64,000 nt of DNA from a virus. This document shows positions 18,712 through 28,667 of the stretch, piece by piece. The notes below the pieces were generated by a model. That model worked only from the letters and a program-made list of their open reading frames with translations. It had not been told where the DNA came from and ran no database searches. The stretch is taken from positions 1 through 64,000 of IMG/VR virus record IMGVR_UViG_3300031414_000013, one strand, 5' to 3'. A program made the position numbers and the translations under genes. Position 1 is the stretch's first letter. Each line of letters begins with the position of its first letter.

Positions 18712-19053
18712 CTACGTACCTGAGGTACGATTTAGAATGTGGGTGTGCAGCAGATCGACCAAGTCAGTTGCCTCTTCCAACAACTCACAACGAATGAGCA
18801 ACTTGTCAATCTTCGGATGGTCGGTTATATCAAATTCAATAACAGGCTGTTTGCCGCGCAGTGTCAGTTTGTTAAATGCACGAATGCCGTTAACCATTGA
18901 GAATTTTAGTAGGGTCGTTCTGGCTGTTCCCTGTACCACCATAACTGGATTAGAGTGTCGGCTGATCATGACCTCATAATCCGCACCCAGTGCAGTGAAC
19001 GGCATTGGTGATGCGCCTAACACCGCACCGGGGGTAATTGCGTTTACATCCAT
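18712..19053 (-). CDS. Hypothetical protein
   Basis: 113 aa, AAGGA RBS. Confidence 0.7.
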   Translation of the reverse strand: MDVNAITPGAVLGASPMPFTALGADYEVMISRHSNPVMVVQGTARTTLLKFSMVNGIRAFNKLTLRGKQPVIEFDITDHPKIDKLLIRCELLEEATDLVDLLHTHILNRTSGT

Positions 19054-19062
19054 ACCGCGTCC

Positions 19063-19776
19063 TTACTTTTTCAGAGACAGCAACCAATCGCACATATGCT
19101 CACGCATTGCACGGTGGCCGTAGCCTGGTTCACTAAATGTATCTTTGTGACCTGGGAACGTGAGAATCTGCTTACCGTTTTCGTAGCTGACCGTGATGTT
19201 GCAGCGCTTGATGATTTCCCACACCCAGAACTCATCATTGTACGGATTGAAGTTCCGTTCAGGATGTTGGTAGCTAACGTAAATCTCTTTCCCACTGGAG
19301 TCACGTTCCCAGTGACAGTCGGTAAAGCGACACAGCGCAGCCAATGCTTCGATCTTCCTCTGATCACGCCCGCGTTCTTTAACCACCCGCACACCGGTAG
19401 TTATTCTTTCTTCCTGCTCGACTAGCAGAGCAACGATGGATAGCTCAAGCTGAGGTTCAATCGGAAGACGAGCTTTCAGTGGGCGATAACCACGTTTAGT
19501 TTTATGCCAAATACCGATGGGTCGAATGGCGACTTCGGAACCACGATCTGAGTCCAGCGTAAACCCAATCGAAACCAGTTTTTCGTATGTCGACAGTTGC
19601 TCGATTTCAATTACGCTAACTTGCAGCGCCGCTGAAACGTATTCAAAACCAGGAGGTAGTCCTACGGGCAGATCGTCTTTAGCGTCACGGGTGAACATGA
19701 TCGGGTGATTACTCGGACCCAGTGTGATTTTACCGTAAGCAAGAATAGACTGCTTAGCATCAACGTTCGTTAACAT
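19063..19776 (-). CDS. Early hypothetical protein
   Basis: 237 aa, first gene after an early promoter motif. Confidence 0.7.
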   Translation of the reverse strand: MLTNVDAKQSILAYGKITLGPSNHPIMFTRDAKDDLPVGLPPGFEYVSAALQVSVIEIEQLSTYEKLVSIGFTLDSDRGSEVAIRPIGIWHKTKRGYRPLKARLPIEPQLELSIVALLVEQEERITTGVRVVKERGRDQRKIEALAALCRFTDCHWERDSSGKEIYVSYQHPERNFNPYNDEFWVWEIIKRCNITVSYENGKQILTFPGHKDTFSEPGYGHRAMREHMCDWLLSLKK

Positions 19777-19813
19777 TCTCGTTCCTTATTTCAGTAGTTG
19801 TTCGTTACATTAG

Positions 19814-19831
19814 GGTAATGTATATTTAAAA
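19814..19831 (-). promoter_or_regulatory. Early promoter motif
   Basis: TTTTAAATATACATTACC. Confidence 0.65.
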
Positions 19832-19885
19832 ACAGAAAGAAAAAGAGGCAGTATAAAACCCCCACCTTTCGGCAGGGGTTGTTTG

Positions 19886-20506
19886 TTACGCTTTGTCGTT
19901 CAGGAGTTCTGAGATGACGTGCGGTGTGATTGCTACAGCATATGGATGGATGTCCATCTGATGACGATAGGCGATCAGCGTCATGCGCTCACACTTGTGC
20001 ACCCAGCTCTCTGAATGGAAATGACAGAGCATGTTCAGCAGTGAGTAGTGGTTGAGGTTCGCCAGTCCAGTTTCGTTGATGTAGTCATCCAGTTCTTCAC
20101 CCACCGCCAGCAGACGGAAGTCTTTAGGGTAGTGCTGAAGGATGTCGTTGACAGCGTCACGCAGGAACGGGAAAGGAATCAGTGGAACATTAGGATCGCC
20201 TTTCACCAACCAGGACAGGAAACTATGTTCGATACGCGCTGCCACCTGGTCGTACTCGTTAGAGCCTTCCCAGCATGCGGTGACCAGATTGTTTTCGATC
20301 AGCCACTTACTCACACACCCGATAAAGGTCGGTACCTCAGAGGCCGCATACGCAACATCTTTGTCGAACAACCATTCAACTGTACCATCGCCGGTACGAA
20401 GAACCCAACCGATAACAGTTCCTTCGAACATATCCGATTCGATTGGGAGAGCCAGACTTTTCGTGAGGTCTGGGTTATAGATCAACTTGATGTAATTCTT
20501 TGTCAT
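19886..20506 (-). CDS. Hypothetical protein
   Basis: 206 aa, AAGGA RBS. Confidence 0.75.
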   Translation of the reverse strand: MTKNYIKLIYNPDLTKSLALPIESDMFEGTVIGWVLRTGDGTVEWLFDKDVAYAASEVPTFIGCVSKWLIENNLVTACWEGSNEYDQVAARIEHSFLSWLVKGDPNVPLIPFPFLRDAVNDILQHYPKDFRLLAVGEELDDYINETGLANLNHYSLLNMLCHFHSESWVHKCERMTLIAYRHQMDIHPYAVAITPHVISELLNDKA

Positions 20507-21159
20507 TTCGGTTCCTTAGTAATAATGATTTTTTTGAAGTTAGCTTCTGCACTTTTGAACTTAGTGCGGGCAGCAACGTACTCGGCGTATGTCGCAGCAT
20601 CGGAGTGACTATCGGGTCGGATACCGATTACTTCAGCAACCTTTAACGCGATCTCAGTCGATGCGGGGGACATATCACCCAGCGCCTGAGTAACATAATA
20701 ACGCACGGGCATAACTTCGGTCGGAGTGCTATTGATATACACATGGTCGATATGCTCTGCTAATGCAGCTATAATACCGGTTGGTGATTTGGTTACGCCG
20801 TATGCCACCAGGAGTTGCAGTTTCTCTTCGACGGTAAGTAAAGACACCACGGCGATACGCAGAAACATGATAGGGTTGTTGTGTGTCCCGACACTGACGT
20901 TACTGTTGTGTAACACCGCCATTGCCACAGCAAGGTTATTCCCTTGGTACGTATCGGCCTTCCATACGAATTCACCATCGTAGCGAACTTCCCCACGCAT
21001 GACCGCCTCGTCGAACAGGTTCCAATCGAAGTCATTAATCACACGTGCTACGTTGGGTATGCGAACTCGCATACCACGAGTTTCAGCGACTATCTTGTCG
21101 ACAAGAGCCAGACGAGCCGTCATCAGCTTATTATCGATGTTAGTAGTTCCGTTGGCCAT
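20503..21159 (-). CDS. Hypothetical protein (paralog of 25370-25999)
   Basis: Start moved to 21159 (GGAG RBS). Confidence 0.7.
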   Translation of the reverse strand: MANGTTNIDNKLMTARLALVDKIVAETRGMRVRIPNVARVINDFDWNLFDEAVMRGEVRYDGEFVWKADTYQGNNLAVAMAVLHNSNVSVGTHNNPIMFLRIAVVSLLTVEEKLQLLVAYGVTKSPTGIIAALAEHIDHVYINSTPTEVMPVRYYVTQALGDMSPASTEIALKVAEVIGIRPDSHSDAATYAEYVAARTKFKSAEANFKKIIITKEPK

Positions 21160-21889
21160 TTTGCTCTCCGAGTGCCTGGTAAAGATTAGTAAGTGCAGCA
21201 TGGTGAGATTGAATCTCATTCATGATGGCGGGGGTAGACATATTAGCAATGCGACCCTTTTCGTTGATGTACTTATTGAACTCGTTGCTCAATGCACCGA
21301 CGATGTCCGGACAGAAAGGGGCGAACTTCCGACCAACCAGGTCTGTTATATTCACATCCCACGGACGAGTTGGGTTTTCAGCTAAGACATAATCCCCTAT
21401 CATCTTAGCAACCGCAACTGGATTGCCGTTGTGCATCCGTAGCAGCCAGTGCGCACGCGCATTAACATCTACCGCCATGAAGACAGGGTTTCTTAATGCT
21501 TCAGCGAAAGTGAGATATTGCGGAATTAGTGCGGCACGAATGGCATCCATTTTGTTATCATCAACCAACAGCTCAAGAATACGAGGATAATCTTTAAACA
21601 CACTTGGCGATGATTGCTTAGGAAAGATGGAGAACGACGAGAGTTCTTCTCTGCTGTTGCGGTCAGATGCAGACAACACGAATAATTTCCCGTTGAAGAA
21701 TTTACCCTTCTCGGTGCAGCCAGTGAGGTCGGAGATAGCTGTGGCGAAGTGGAACATGTGGACCGGAACGCCGATAGCATAGAGCGCCACAACAAACGCT
21801 TCCTCGGGGAGTAACTCTTTGAGAAACTTACCGCCCGCCATTGGGTTAAACTTAGGTGCTGCATTTTCGTTTTCGTTATAGCTAACCAT
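21140..21889 (-). CDS. Hypothetical protein
   Basis: Start moved to 21889 (AAGGA RBS). Confidence 0.7.
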   Translation of the reverse strand: MVSYNENENAAPKFNPMAGGKFLKELLPEEAFVVALYAIGVPVHMFHFATAISDLTGCTEKGKFFNGKLFVLSASDRNSREELSSFSIFPKQSSPSVFKDYPRILELLVDDNKMDAIRAALIPQYLTFAEALRNPVFMAVDVNARAHWLLRMHNGNPVAVAKMIGDYVLAENPTRPWDVNITDLVGRKFAPFCPDIVGALSNEFNKYINEKGRIANMSTPAIMNEIQSHHAALTNLYQALGEQNGQRNY

Positions 21890-21949
21890 GATTCTAATCC
21901 TTATTAAAAAGTTAGTGGTTGAATAGGGGGTCAACTGACCCCTACTACA

Positions 21950-22336
21950 TTACGACCTGATCAGCGTCAGAAGCAACATGTTCTCTGACAACCAACCGTC
22001 AGGTGACTCGTCGAATTCAGATTCAACTGCTTCACGGAAACGATCCCACTGTTGCATAACCGCAGACCCGGCTTTCTCTTCTGTGATAGACCGCTCGAGG
22101 TCAGCGAACAATACCGCCACCTGATCTTCGTCCAGCGCCATGCACTGACCCAGCACCATCGTTTCAATCAGACTGGTGAGGTCATTATCCGCGTCTTCGT
22201 CAATCCACACGCCAGTAACGCCAGCGAACGCATGATCGAACTCAAGCTCTTCGACTTCAATCGGGTTGGTGGTGTCGAACTGGCTACGCATTTCTTCGGT
22301 AGGTGTGACGGCGTAAAGCGAAATGATAGTTTTCAT
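21950..22336 (-). CDS. Highly acidic hypothetical protein
   Basis: 128 aa, strong D/E excess. Confidence 0.75.
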   Translation of the reverse strand: MKTIISLYAVTPTEEMRSQFDTTNPIEVEELEFDHAFAGVTGVWIDEDADNDLTSLIETMVLGQCMALDEDQVAVLFADLERSITEEKAGSAVMQQWDRFREAVESEFDESPDGWLSENMLLLTLIRS

Positions 22337-22338
22337 TT

Positions 22339-22575
22339 TTATTCCTTGTTAAAGTGGGGGAGTTCTTGGTCACAGGCTTCTAACTGTGATCTTAATGCAT
22401 CAATCTCATTCTGGAGCTGATCGATGGTGAAATCGCGAAATGCTAACTCGGCAGCAATCTTGGACTTGCTATCCAACTGCTCTCCGGTCATCGCCATGAC
22501 GTGACGCATGTAGTAGCCGCCAACATTATCCAGTTCTTCGATATCACGAGTTTCGTAATTATTGGTTACTGACAT
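22339..22575 (-). CDS. Small conserved phage protein
   Basis: GGYY.RHV.AMT.E.L.SKS.IAAELA.RD motif. Confidence 0.75.
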   Translation of the reverse strand: MSVTNNYETRDIEELDNVGGYYMRHVMAMTGEQLDSKSKIAAELAFRDFTIDQLQNEIDALRSQLEACDQELPHFNKE

Positions 22576-22586
22576 ATTACCCTCTC

Positions 22587-22910
22587 TTATAAACGACGAG
22601 TGAATACAGGTACCTCACCGCCCTGGCCGTGGAGTCGACTGACATAATCAGCGCCACTTTCAATTGTTATTTCTGAACTACCATCGTCTAACACAATGCG
22701 ATAGTGCAGCCCTACAGTTTCAGCGACTAACAGCAATGTACCAAGCGTTGCGTAACCACCCACCACACCCGCAATCGCAGATGCAGATAACCCAGTGTAC
22801 TCCGCCAGTATCGGTCTGGGGAGCTTTCGGGTAATATGTGGCATGGCTATACGTAGTGCCAACGTTAACTCGGTACGACCTTTGTCAAACGGATTGCTGA
22901 TTGCTCGCAT
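22587..22910 (-). CDS. XRE/Cro-like HTH protein
   Basis: LAEYTGLSASAIA...TLGTLLLVAETVGL. Confidence 0.65.
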   Translation of the reverse strand: MRAISNPFDKGRTELTLALRIAMPHITRKLPRPILAEYTGLSASAIAGVVGGYATLGTLLLVAETVGLHYRIVLDDGSSEITIESGADYVSRLHGQGGEVPVFTRRL

Positions 22911-22918
22911 ACGTCCCC

Positions 22919-23698
22919 CTACAGCCTTCTTACGTGAATGCCTTTCTCACGAGATTCTTTGGCCAACTTCTTTTCAATGCGCACGCAATTTCCACGACTG
23001 ACACCACGCGTTTCAAAATCGAAGTCTCGCAATTTACGAGTGTACTGCTCTTCGAATTCGCCGAAGTGGTAGTGGGTTTGTGGCCAGACGCCTGTTGGTT
23101 CTACCGGTAGAGTCAGGGAACGCAATGGAAGATGGCGAGCCAATTTAGCCCGATAGTCGTATCTTCTATTTGTGCGCCACTGTTTGGTATCACCATCACG
23201 GTACCACTTCTTGCGGTTAGCGACGACGTACTCAGGTGGTGTGACACCGAACCGCTCGTAGAAGAATTCAATCAGCAACTGGGCATGCCACAGCTGACCT
23301 TGGAAGTAACCAGAGTTATCTTCCTTAGAGGAAATCGTCGCACCCATTGTACTACTGTTGTAGTGTACATCTGAAAGCAACCACTCTTCACTAGGACAAC
23401 GTGAGTAGCCCTGTGGGAACATCGTGTCGTAGTCCACACCATCTACCCGCAGCCACATGTGGAGACAATGAGAATGCCATTCAACCCGCTTAGGATCGTA
23501 GTCGTAGCCGTGGATAAGAATGTTACCCACAGCCATCGCTGCCATACCACAGAAACCAGTGTTAATGCGATAGATGGCTTTCTTACGGTCACGGGTACGT
23601 GTAATGACCTGGAACAAATCGACAAAGTCGTTAAGTAATTGACCTACCAGTTTATCGGACATAGCTCTTCCAGTGTTTGGGGTAGTCACCCACCCCAT
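22919..23698 (-). CDS. Papain/transglutaminase-like Cys-His-Asp protein
   Basis: INTGFCGMAA...HMWLRVDGVDYD. Confidence 0.6.
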   Translation of the reverse strand: MGWVTTPNTGRAMSDKLVGQLLNDFVDLFQVITRTRDRKKAIYRINTGFCGMAAMAVGNILIHGYDYDPKRVEWHSHCLHMWLRVDGVDYDTMFPQGYSRCPSEEWLLSDVHYNSSTMGATISSKEDNSGYFQGQLWHAQLLIEFFYERFGVTPPEYVVANRKKWYRDGDTKQWRTNRRYDYRAKLARHLPLRSLTLPVEPTGVWPQTHYHFGEFEEQYTRKLRDFDFETRGVSRGNCVRIEKKLAKESREKGIHVRRL

Positions 23699-23703
23699 TG
23701 GTT

Positions 23704-24063
23704 TTATTTACCAGCGAATACCCACGTGACATTACCAGCCACGTTAATAGCATCGGCGTACTTCAGGGACGGACAGTCTACGAACTTAATGTAGAGGCTC
23801 TGTCCTTTGTTCAGCGTGATCGGTAGTGTGGGGACCACATCGTCGCTTTCGATCTGAACTAGACACGATGGGGAGCTGGCGCGTATATCTTTCAGCGCCA
23901 GACCATCTTCTTTACTGGTGAATGTCAGTTTAGCGTTGGTGTTACCCTGCTCAATGACATTAACGATGCCGGAGATTTTGAAATCCGGCGGTGTCTCAGC
24001 GTTGGCAGTTGCCACAGTGCAGAGTGAGAGAGAAACAAGTGCAGCCATTAAAATCTTTTTCAT
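23704..24063 (-). CDS. Exported beta-sandwich protein (paralog of 24968-25324)
   Basis: MKKIL..ANA signal peptide, Cys pair, PITLNKGQS. Confidence 0.75.
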   Translation of the reverse strand: MKKILMAALVSLSLCTVATANAETPPDFKISGIVNVIEQGNTNAKLTFTSKEDGLALKDIRASSPSCLVQIESDDVVPTLPITLNKGQSLYIKFVDCPSLKYADAINVAGNVTWVFAGK

Positions 24064-24099
24064 TTGACATCCCGTGTTAAGTTAAAAAGGCGGCTAATG

Positions 24100-24963
24100 T
24101 TAGCCGACGCTCACATCGCCAGCGGTACCCACTTTCAGGTCGCCAGTCAGTGTATTGAAAATGACGTTACGACCAACGATCAATAAATCGTACTTATCGT
24201 TTTCAAACGACAATGAGCCTTCACGTACATCATCGTCCATACTGCGATGGTGATTGGCCAACAGATACCAGGCACGCGGATTAGTACCGTAATTGAGACA
24301 CCAAGCCTTCAGTGCGTTATAGCAATCACCCGAACTGTTGCTCGTCTCAAACAGAACATCACGAACTGTGTCAGTCTCAGACAACATGAGCTGGAAGCCG
24401 CGATAAAGGATATCGTGCTCGTCGCCACCGAAGATGTCTTCGCCACCAAGCAGTGCTTCGATATCACTATTCTCATCTTCTTCCGGCAGGGTAATTTGAG
24501 TGATGGCTTCTGTATCACCCGGTCCCCATGCGGCCAACAGTGCAAAGGTTTCGGCCAGCCATTGGTCGTCGCCCTGATACACGGCAGTTACAGGCAACCA
24601 GTTGGTCACAGAGGTATTTTCCTCCAGCCAGAATTTGGTGTTACCCAAATCTTCGAGTGTCACCTTACCTTCTGGATCTTTGGTCAGCAGTACGCCGCTT
24701 GCAAGAAAACGAAGTGGTGGTGTGGTACCACGTGCTTCTACCAACATCAGTTTACTGAACGCGAACTCTGGAACGCGACCTAAGTTCTGTTCTGTAATAA
24801 CGCCGTTGGTAATTTGAAAGTGGTTGCGAATGCCGCAGGCGTCGCAGTACCAAGCGGTGCTAAAACCAACACACTCAACCAGGTGGTCGATACTCCCGAC
24901 ATCACCGCCACATTTGATACAACAGAGGATGGTTTTTGATTCGACACGAGTTTTGATAGTCAC
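24100..24963 (-). CDS. Zn-ribbon-containing hypothetical protein
   Basis: CIKC...CDAC; start moved to GTG 24963 (AAGGA RBS). Confidence 0.7.
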   Translation of the reverse strand: MTIKTRVESKTILCCIKCGGDVGSIDHLVECVGFSTAWYCDACGIRNHFQITNGVITEQNLGRVPEFAFSKLMLVEARGTTPPLRFLASGVLLTKDPEGKVTLEDLGNTKFWLEENTSVTNWLPVTAVYQGDDQWLAETFALLAAWGPGDTEAITQITLPEEDENSDIEALLGGEDIFGGDEHDILYRGFQLMLSETDTVRDVLFETSNSSGDCYNALKAWCLNYGTNPRAWYLLANHHRSMDDDVREGSLSFENDKYDLLIVGRNVIFNTLTGDLKVGTAGDVSVG

Positions 24964-24967
24964 GACG

Positions 24968-25324
24968 TTATCCTTTATTACCAATGGACCACTCAGAATT
25001 ACCTTGATTGGTATAAACCTGAGCATCCACCATGTTGGGACAGTTGAAGAAATCAACCGTTACAGATTCCCCATACTTTAACGTGACGGGGAATGGGCGT
25101 TTACCCGTAATGGGATGGACGCCTACACGACAATGATCACGGTTCATTGTAACCTTCTGGATGACGAGATTATCAGTCGCACTGACAATCGTTACTTCAT
25201 TCCAGCTGTTATAAGAACCAGAGCGGACTTCGACACTCAGCCGGTAGGGTGTAGCTGCGTTGGCTACCAAACTGCCGGTGAGTAAAACGGATGCAATAGT
25301 CAGTGCATTAAAAAGCTTTTTCAT
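24968..25324 (-). CDS. Exported beta-sandwich protein (paralog of 23704-24063)
   Basis: MKKLF..ANA signal peptide, Cys pair, PVTLKYGES; GGAGG RBS. Confidence 0.75.
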   Translation of the reverse strand: MKKLFNALTIASVLLTGSLVANAATPYRLSVEVRSGSYNSWNEVTIVSATDNLVIQKVTMNRDHCRVGVHPITGKRPFPVTLKYGESVTVDFFNCPNMVDAQVYTNQGNSEWSIGNKG

Positions 25325-25369
25325 TTTACCCTCCTACGGGCATAAGTGGGAACCGAAGTCCCCACCTGG

Positions 25370-25999
25370 TTATTTTAAAGATTCAAGCTCGACACACAAC
25401 TGTACGTGCTCTTGTTTATTATTGGCGAGTGCCTCTCTAATGACCTCGCTTCTTGCGTTGCGATAGGCCACTGATGCGAAGTTAATGATGGACTGATAGT
25501 CAGTATTGACCTCGGATACCGTCATACCGAACAACTTGGTTAAGTTGAGGTTCGCGGTAGCCACCGGGACAGCCACCGCTTGAGATGGATCAATCGCAAT
25601 TTCTTTTGCCACAGCATGACAAACTTCAACTTTGTTCAGATTGGCATAACGACCGAACGCGATCAAAGCAAGATGTGGACTCATCGCACGACCTGGACCA
25701 GCGTGGTGAAAGAACCCGTGTACTGTCGGTGGAACAGGCAGGGCATTCCAGCGTCCAACCAGATCGTTCCACATCCGTTCTGACGTCAGAAGTGAAGTGT
25801 CCTGGTGTTCTGGCAGCCAGACTAACCCATCGCAGGTAAAAATCTGACCCCCGTCAACGTGCCGATAAAAATCTTCCCATGCTTTAGGGTGGGTAAGGGC
25901 GTTTCTTGCGAAAGTGTCAAAGCGAACTTTACCGCCGGTGAACTTAGCAGCATTCGCGAGCGATTCTAATACCATGAGGCGCAGTGGTGCATTCGACAT
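25370..25999 (-). CDS. Hypothetical protein (paralog of 20503-21159)
   Basis: RL.....VR...AR...W..F...V..G....G.VW shared. Confidence 0.7.
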   Translation of the reverse strand: MSNAPLRLMVLESLANAAKFTGGKVRFDTFARNALTHPKAWEDFYRHVDGGQIFTCDGLVWLPEHQDTSLLTSERMWNDLVGRWNALPVPPTVHGFFHHAGPGRAMSPHLALIAFGRYANLNKVEVCHAVAKEIAIDPSQAVAVPVATANLNLTKLFGMTVSEVNTDYQSIINFASVAYRNARSEVIREALANNKQEHVQLCVELESLK

Positions 26000-26008
26000 C
26001 TGATGTCC

Positions 26009-26374
26009 TTAGCCGTGGAGCGATTGAGTGTAGTGTTGGCCGTAGCGAACGCGCCGGGTAAGTCCTTTACGCATGCAGTACCCGATAGGTTCTTCAACCT
26101 CGGTATGGGTGACAGTCACTCCATCATCACGAGTCATTAGAATGCGGTAATTCAGATCGATGGCGTCTGCGATAGTCATGGCTGTGTCAAGCGTATAACC
26201 AGTTTCATGACCGTTCTTTATTCTGCTGAGCAAACTAGCGCTGCAACCTATCTCTCTGGATAGCGAGGCCAGGGTTCTTCTGTTCTTCATGTGCATTGCC
26301 AAAATATAGCTCAGGCTAATAACTAATAACTGCTTTGCATTCAGAACGGAACTGTGAGAATAGCGTTTAGACAT
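26009..26374 (-). CDS. XRE-family HTH protein
   Basis: TLASLSREIGCSASLLSRIKNG...TLDTAMTIADAIDL. Confidence 0.8.
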   Translation of the reverse strand: MSKRYSHSSVLNAKQLLVISLSYILAMHMKNRRTLASLSREIGCSASLLSRIKNGHETGYTLDTAMTIADAIDLNYRILMTRDDGVTVTHTEVEEPIGYCMRKGLTRRVRYGQHYTQSLHG

Positions 26375-26429
26375 AGTGTACTCCTTTTGAGATTAAGTTG
26401 GGGGTAGTTGCCTACCCCCAATGGTTTAC

Positions 26430-28214
26430 TTACAGATACTTCTTGATGTCCACAACTTCAAACATCGGTGTGGTCAGAATAACCTGATGGACAAAGCCAT
26501 TCTGATCTGGTTTGTTCAGGGTAGTGAAACGAGCGTTGCCCTGGAAGTTGACCGAGGTAGACAACCCACCAACCCAGACGTCATTAAGCCCGGTGGTCGG
26601 CATGGAAGACAGTGTGACGGAAAGAATAGCCTCCATCACACGCTGGTCCGTTATAGCAATCGGTTTCCAGACATTGCCCTTCAATACATACAGGTTCCCG
26701 ATATCGAACAGCGCAGTCTTCAGCAGATGCTCTGGTGTATCACCAAGGAAACGTACGACCAGTTTTTCTGTGCCATCACTTAAAACAACTTCACTGAAGA
26801 AGCTATTGGACACAGGTCGAACGGAGAGGGTGGGACGTGACGCGTTAAACGCATTGTAGTTATCCCAGCACGACGTAGGTCCACGATATGGACTGCATGC
26901 GTGTTGGATGTCGAGGTTGCCCGCAGGGGTGCCGTATGTCTGGTGGAAAGCGGTGTTCTGAGGACTGGCGTATACATTGGCATTTGCTGCGTTGGGATGT
27001 AGGATGATCAGGGTACCCAGAAGTTTACCCATCTCTTCCAAAGATGGCATAACGGTTGACTGTGGAACATAGTGGGTCACGCCGCGCTGACCTGAGTCGA
27101 CGAGAACACCGATGGTGCTTTCCTGTTGGTCGTAACCCATGACCATTTTAACCGTGCTCTCACCTTTATCGTTCATCGAGTAGATACGTACATGAATCAG
27201 CTGGCCGGTCTGCGTTTGGAAAGCGTTGTCTAACACGACCATAGGTTCCGGGCGAGTAGTACGAGCTTCACGTTCCTCCTGCGGGATACCGTCAGAGAAA
27301 TGTGTATCCATCCAGACTTCAGCGCCAATGATTTTAGCGATGCCTTCGGTGGATAACACAACTGCCCTGTCGGGAAGATACTGGAATGACAGATCGCCAG
27401 AACGACCAGAACTAATGCCGCGCTGACTCTGATAGTAACCGCTGTTAGACGTACAGTGCAGGCGACCGATGCGTTGCCATTCGCCATCTTCAAGTTGCTT
27501 TTCGACCTGGAGTACGATGTTATCGTAAACACCCAGGCGATGGGTATCGAGTTGGTTTAACACGCGAATGTTAGCGGTGCCGCGATTGCGATGCGTGGCG
27601 CAGCTACCGACTGCAACAACCGGATCGACCTTCTCACCTTCTGCATTCAGACCACTAAGTACCTGTATGGCTGCCTGAGTTTCGTCATCCACGATTTCCC
27701 AACGATGCACGACGTCACTATTGCCAAATACGTGACCAACGAAATTGACCATCGGTATCAGGCAGTGATCACCCACTGTCAGTGGTGTGGGTTTACACGC
27801 AAGGTTTGAATGCGCATAGATCGTGCCTAAGCGATCGATCAGGTTGACATCAATCCAGCAGTAGTTGGTATCCTCTGGCGGATTTAGCTGAACAATGAAA
27901 GTGCTACCGTTGTGTGCCAAACGATAACGACTGTCCGGATTGACAATGCTATCTTTGCCTTTAAGATATTCACCCACACTCTCCAGGATATCTTTCTTAA
28001 CAGTCTGCGCCAGCTCAATTTGCTCCAGGAACTGAACTTCGTGCTCAGGACCCAGGGTCGCCAGTTTAATCAGACGATCGTTACCCACACGACCGTTACG
28101 CACTACCCAAATACCATCAGTACGCAGAATGACTGGCCACGCTTCTTCACGAGAGGAAGTGTTAAGACGTTTAACACCATGACGATAAGCTTCTTTTACA
28201 CGAGTAAGTAACAT
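26430..28214 (-). CDS. Large hypothetical protein
   Basis: ~594 aa, start moved to 28214 (AAGGA RBS). Confidence 0.75.
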   Translation of the reverse strand: MLLTRVKEAYRHGVKRLNTSSREEAWPVILRTDGIWVVRNGRVGNDRLIKLATLGPEHEVQFLEQIELAQTVKKDILESVGEYLKGKDSIVNPDSRYRLAHNGSTFIVQLNPPEDTNYCWIDVNLIDRLGTIYAHSNLACKPTPLTVGDHCLIPMVNFVGHVFGNSDVVHRWEIVDDETQAAIQVLSGLNAEGEKVDPVVAVGSCATHRNRGTANIRVLNQLDTHRLGVYDNIVLQVEKQLEDGEWQRIGRLHCTSNSGYYQSQRGISSGRSGDLSFQYLPDRAVVLSTEGIAKIIGAEVWMDTHFSDGIPQEEREARTTRPEPMVVLDNAFQTQTGQLIHVRIYSMNDKGESTVKMVMGYDQQESTIGVLVDSGQRGVTHYVPQSTVMPSLEEMGKLLGTLIILHPNAANANVYASPQNTAFHQTYGTPAGNLDIQHACSPYRGPTSCWDNYNAFNASRPTLSVRPVSNSFFSEVVLSDGTEKLVVRFLGDTPEHLLKTALFDIGNLYVLKGNVWKPIAITDQRVMEAILSVTLSSMPTTGLNDVWVGGLSTSVNFQGNARFTTLNKPDQNGFVHQVILTTPMFEVVDIKKYL

Positions 28215-28301
28215 AGTTTTAATTCCTTGTATTAGTGGATGTAAGGCATGAGGCTGATGCCTTGTAGAAAACACCAGCCCGATACCCTCAAGCTGGGTTG
28301 A

Positions 28302-28589
28302 TTAATGCAGTTTGCTACGACCACACACGCTGGTGTAAGTCTGTTTGGTGCACACTTCTTTCTCTTCTGAATCCTGACCCATCATCAGCTGTTCAACCAT
28401 CATGCGAACAGAACCGCTTGAAGACAGAGCCAGTTCGGCACCGTTAACAAAACCGCGCGCTGGATAGTCAGCAGCAGAAACGTCTACAGAGATACCGCTT
28501 TCAGTAGCAAAGCGCTGTGCAGCTTCTGGAGTAGCGAACAGAACGTCGTTGCCAGAAACCCAAGTGTTTTTAGTAGTTGAAGTAAACAT
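28302..28589 (-). CDS. Early small hypothetical protein
   Basis: AAGGA RBS, first gene after an early promoter motif. Confidence 0.7.
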   Translation of the reverse strand: MFTSTTKNTWVSGNDVLFATPEAAQRFATESGISVDVSAADYPARGFVNGAELALSSSGSVRMMVEQLMMGQDSEEKEVCTKQTYTSVCGRSKLH

Positions 28590-28647
28590 AGTCTTATTTC
28601 CTTTTTGCAGGTGAATTATGAGCACTATTGCTCTTAGTTATCAATAC

Positions 28648-28665
28648 GGTTATATATATCTGAAA
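28648..28665 (-). promoter_or_regulatory. Early promoter motif
   Basis: TTTCAGATATATATAACC. Confidence 0.6.
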
Positions 28666-28667
28666 TT

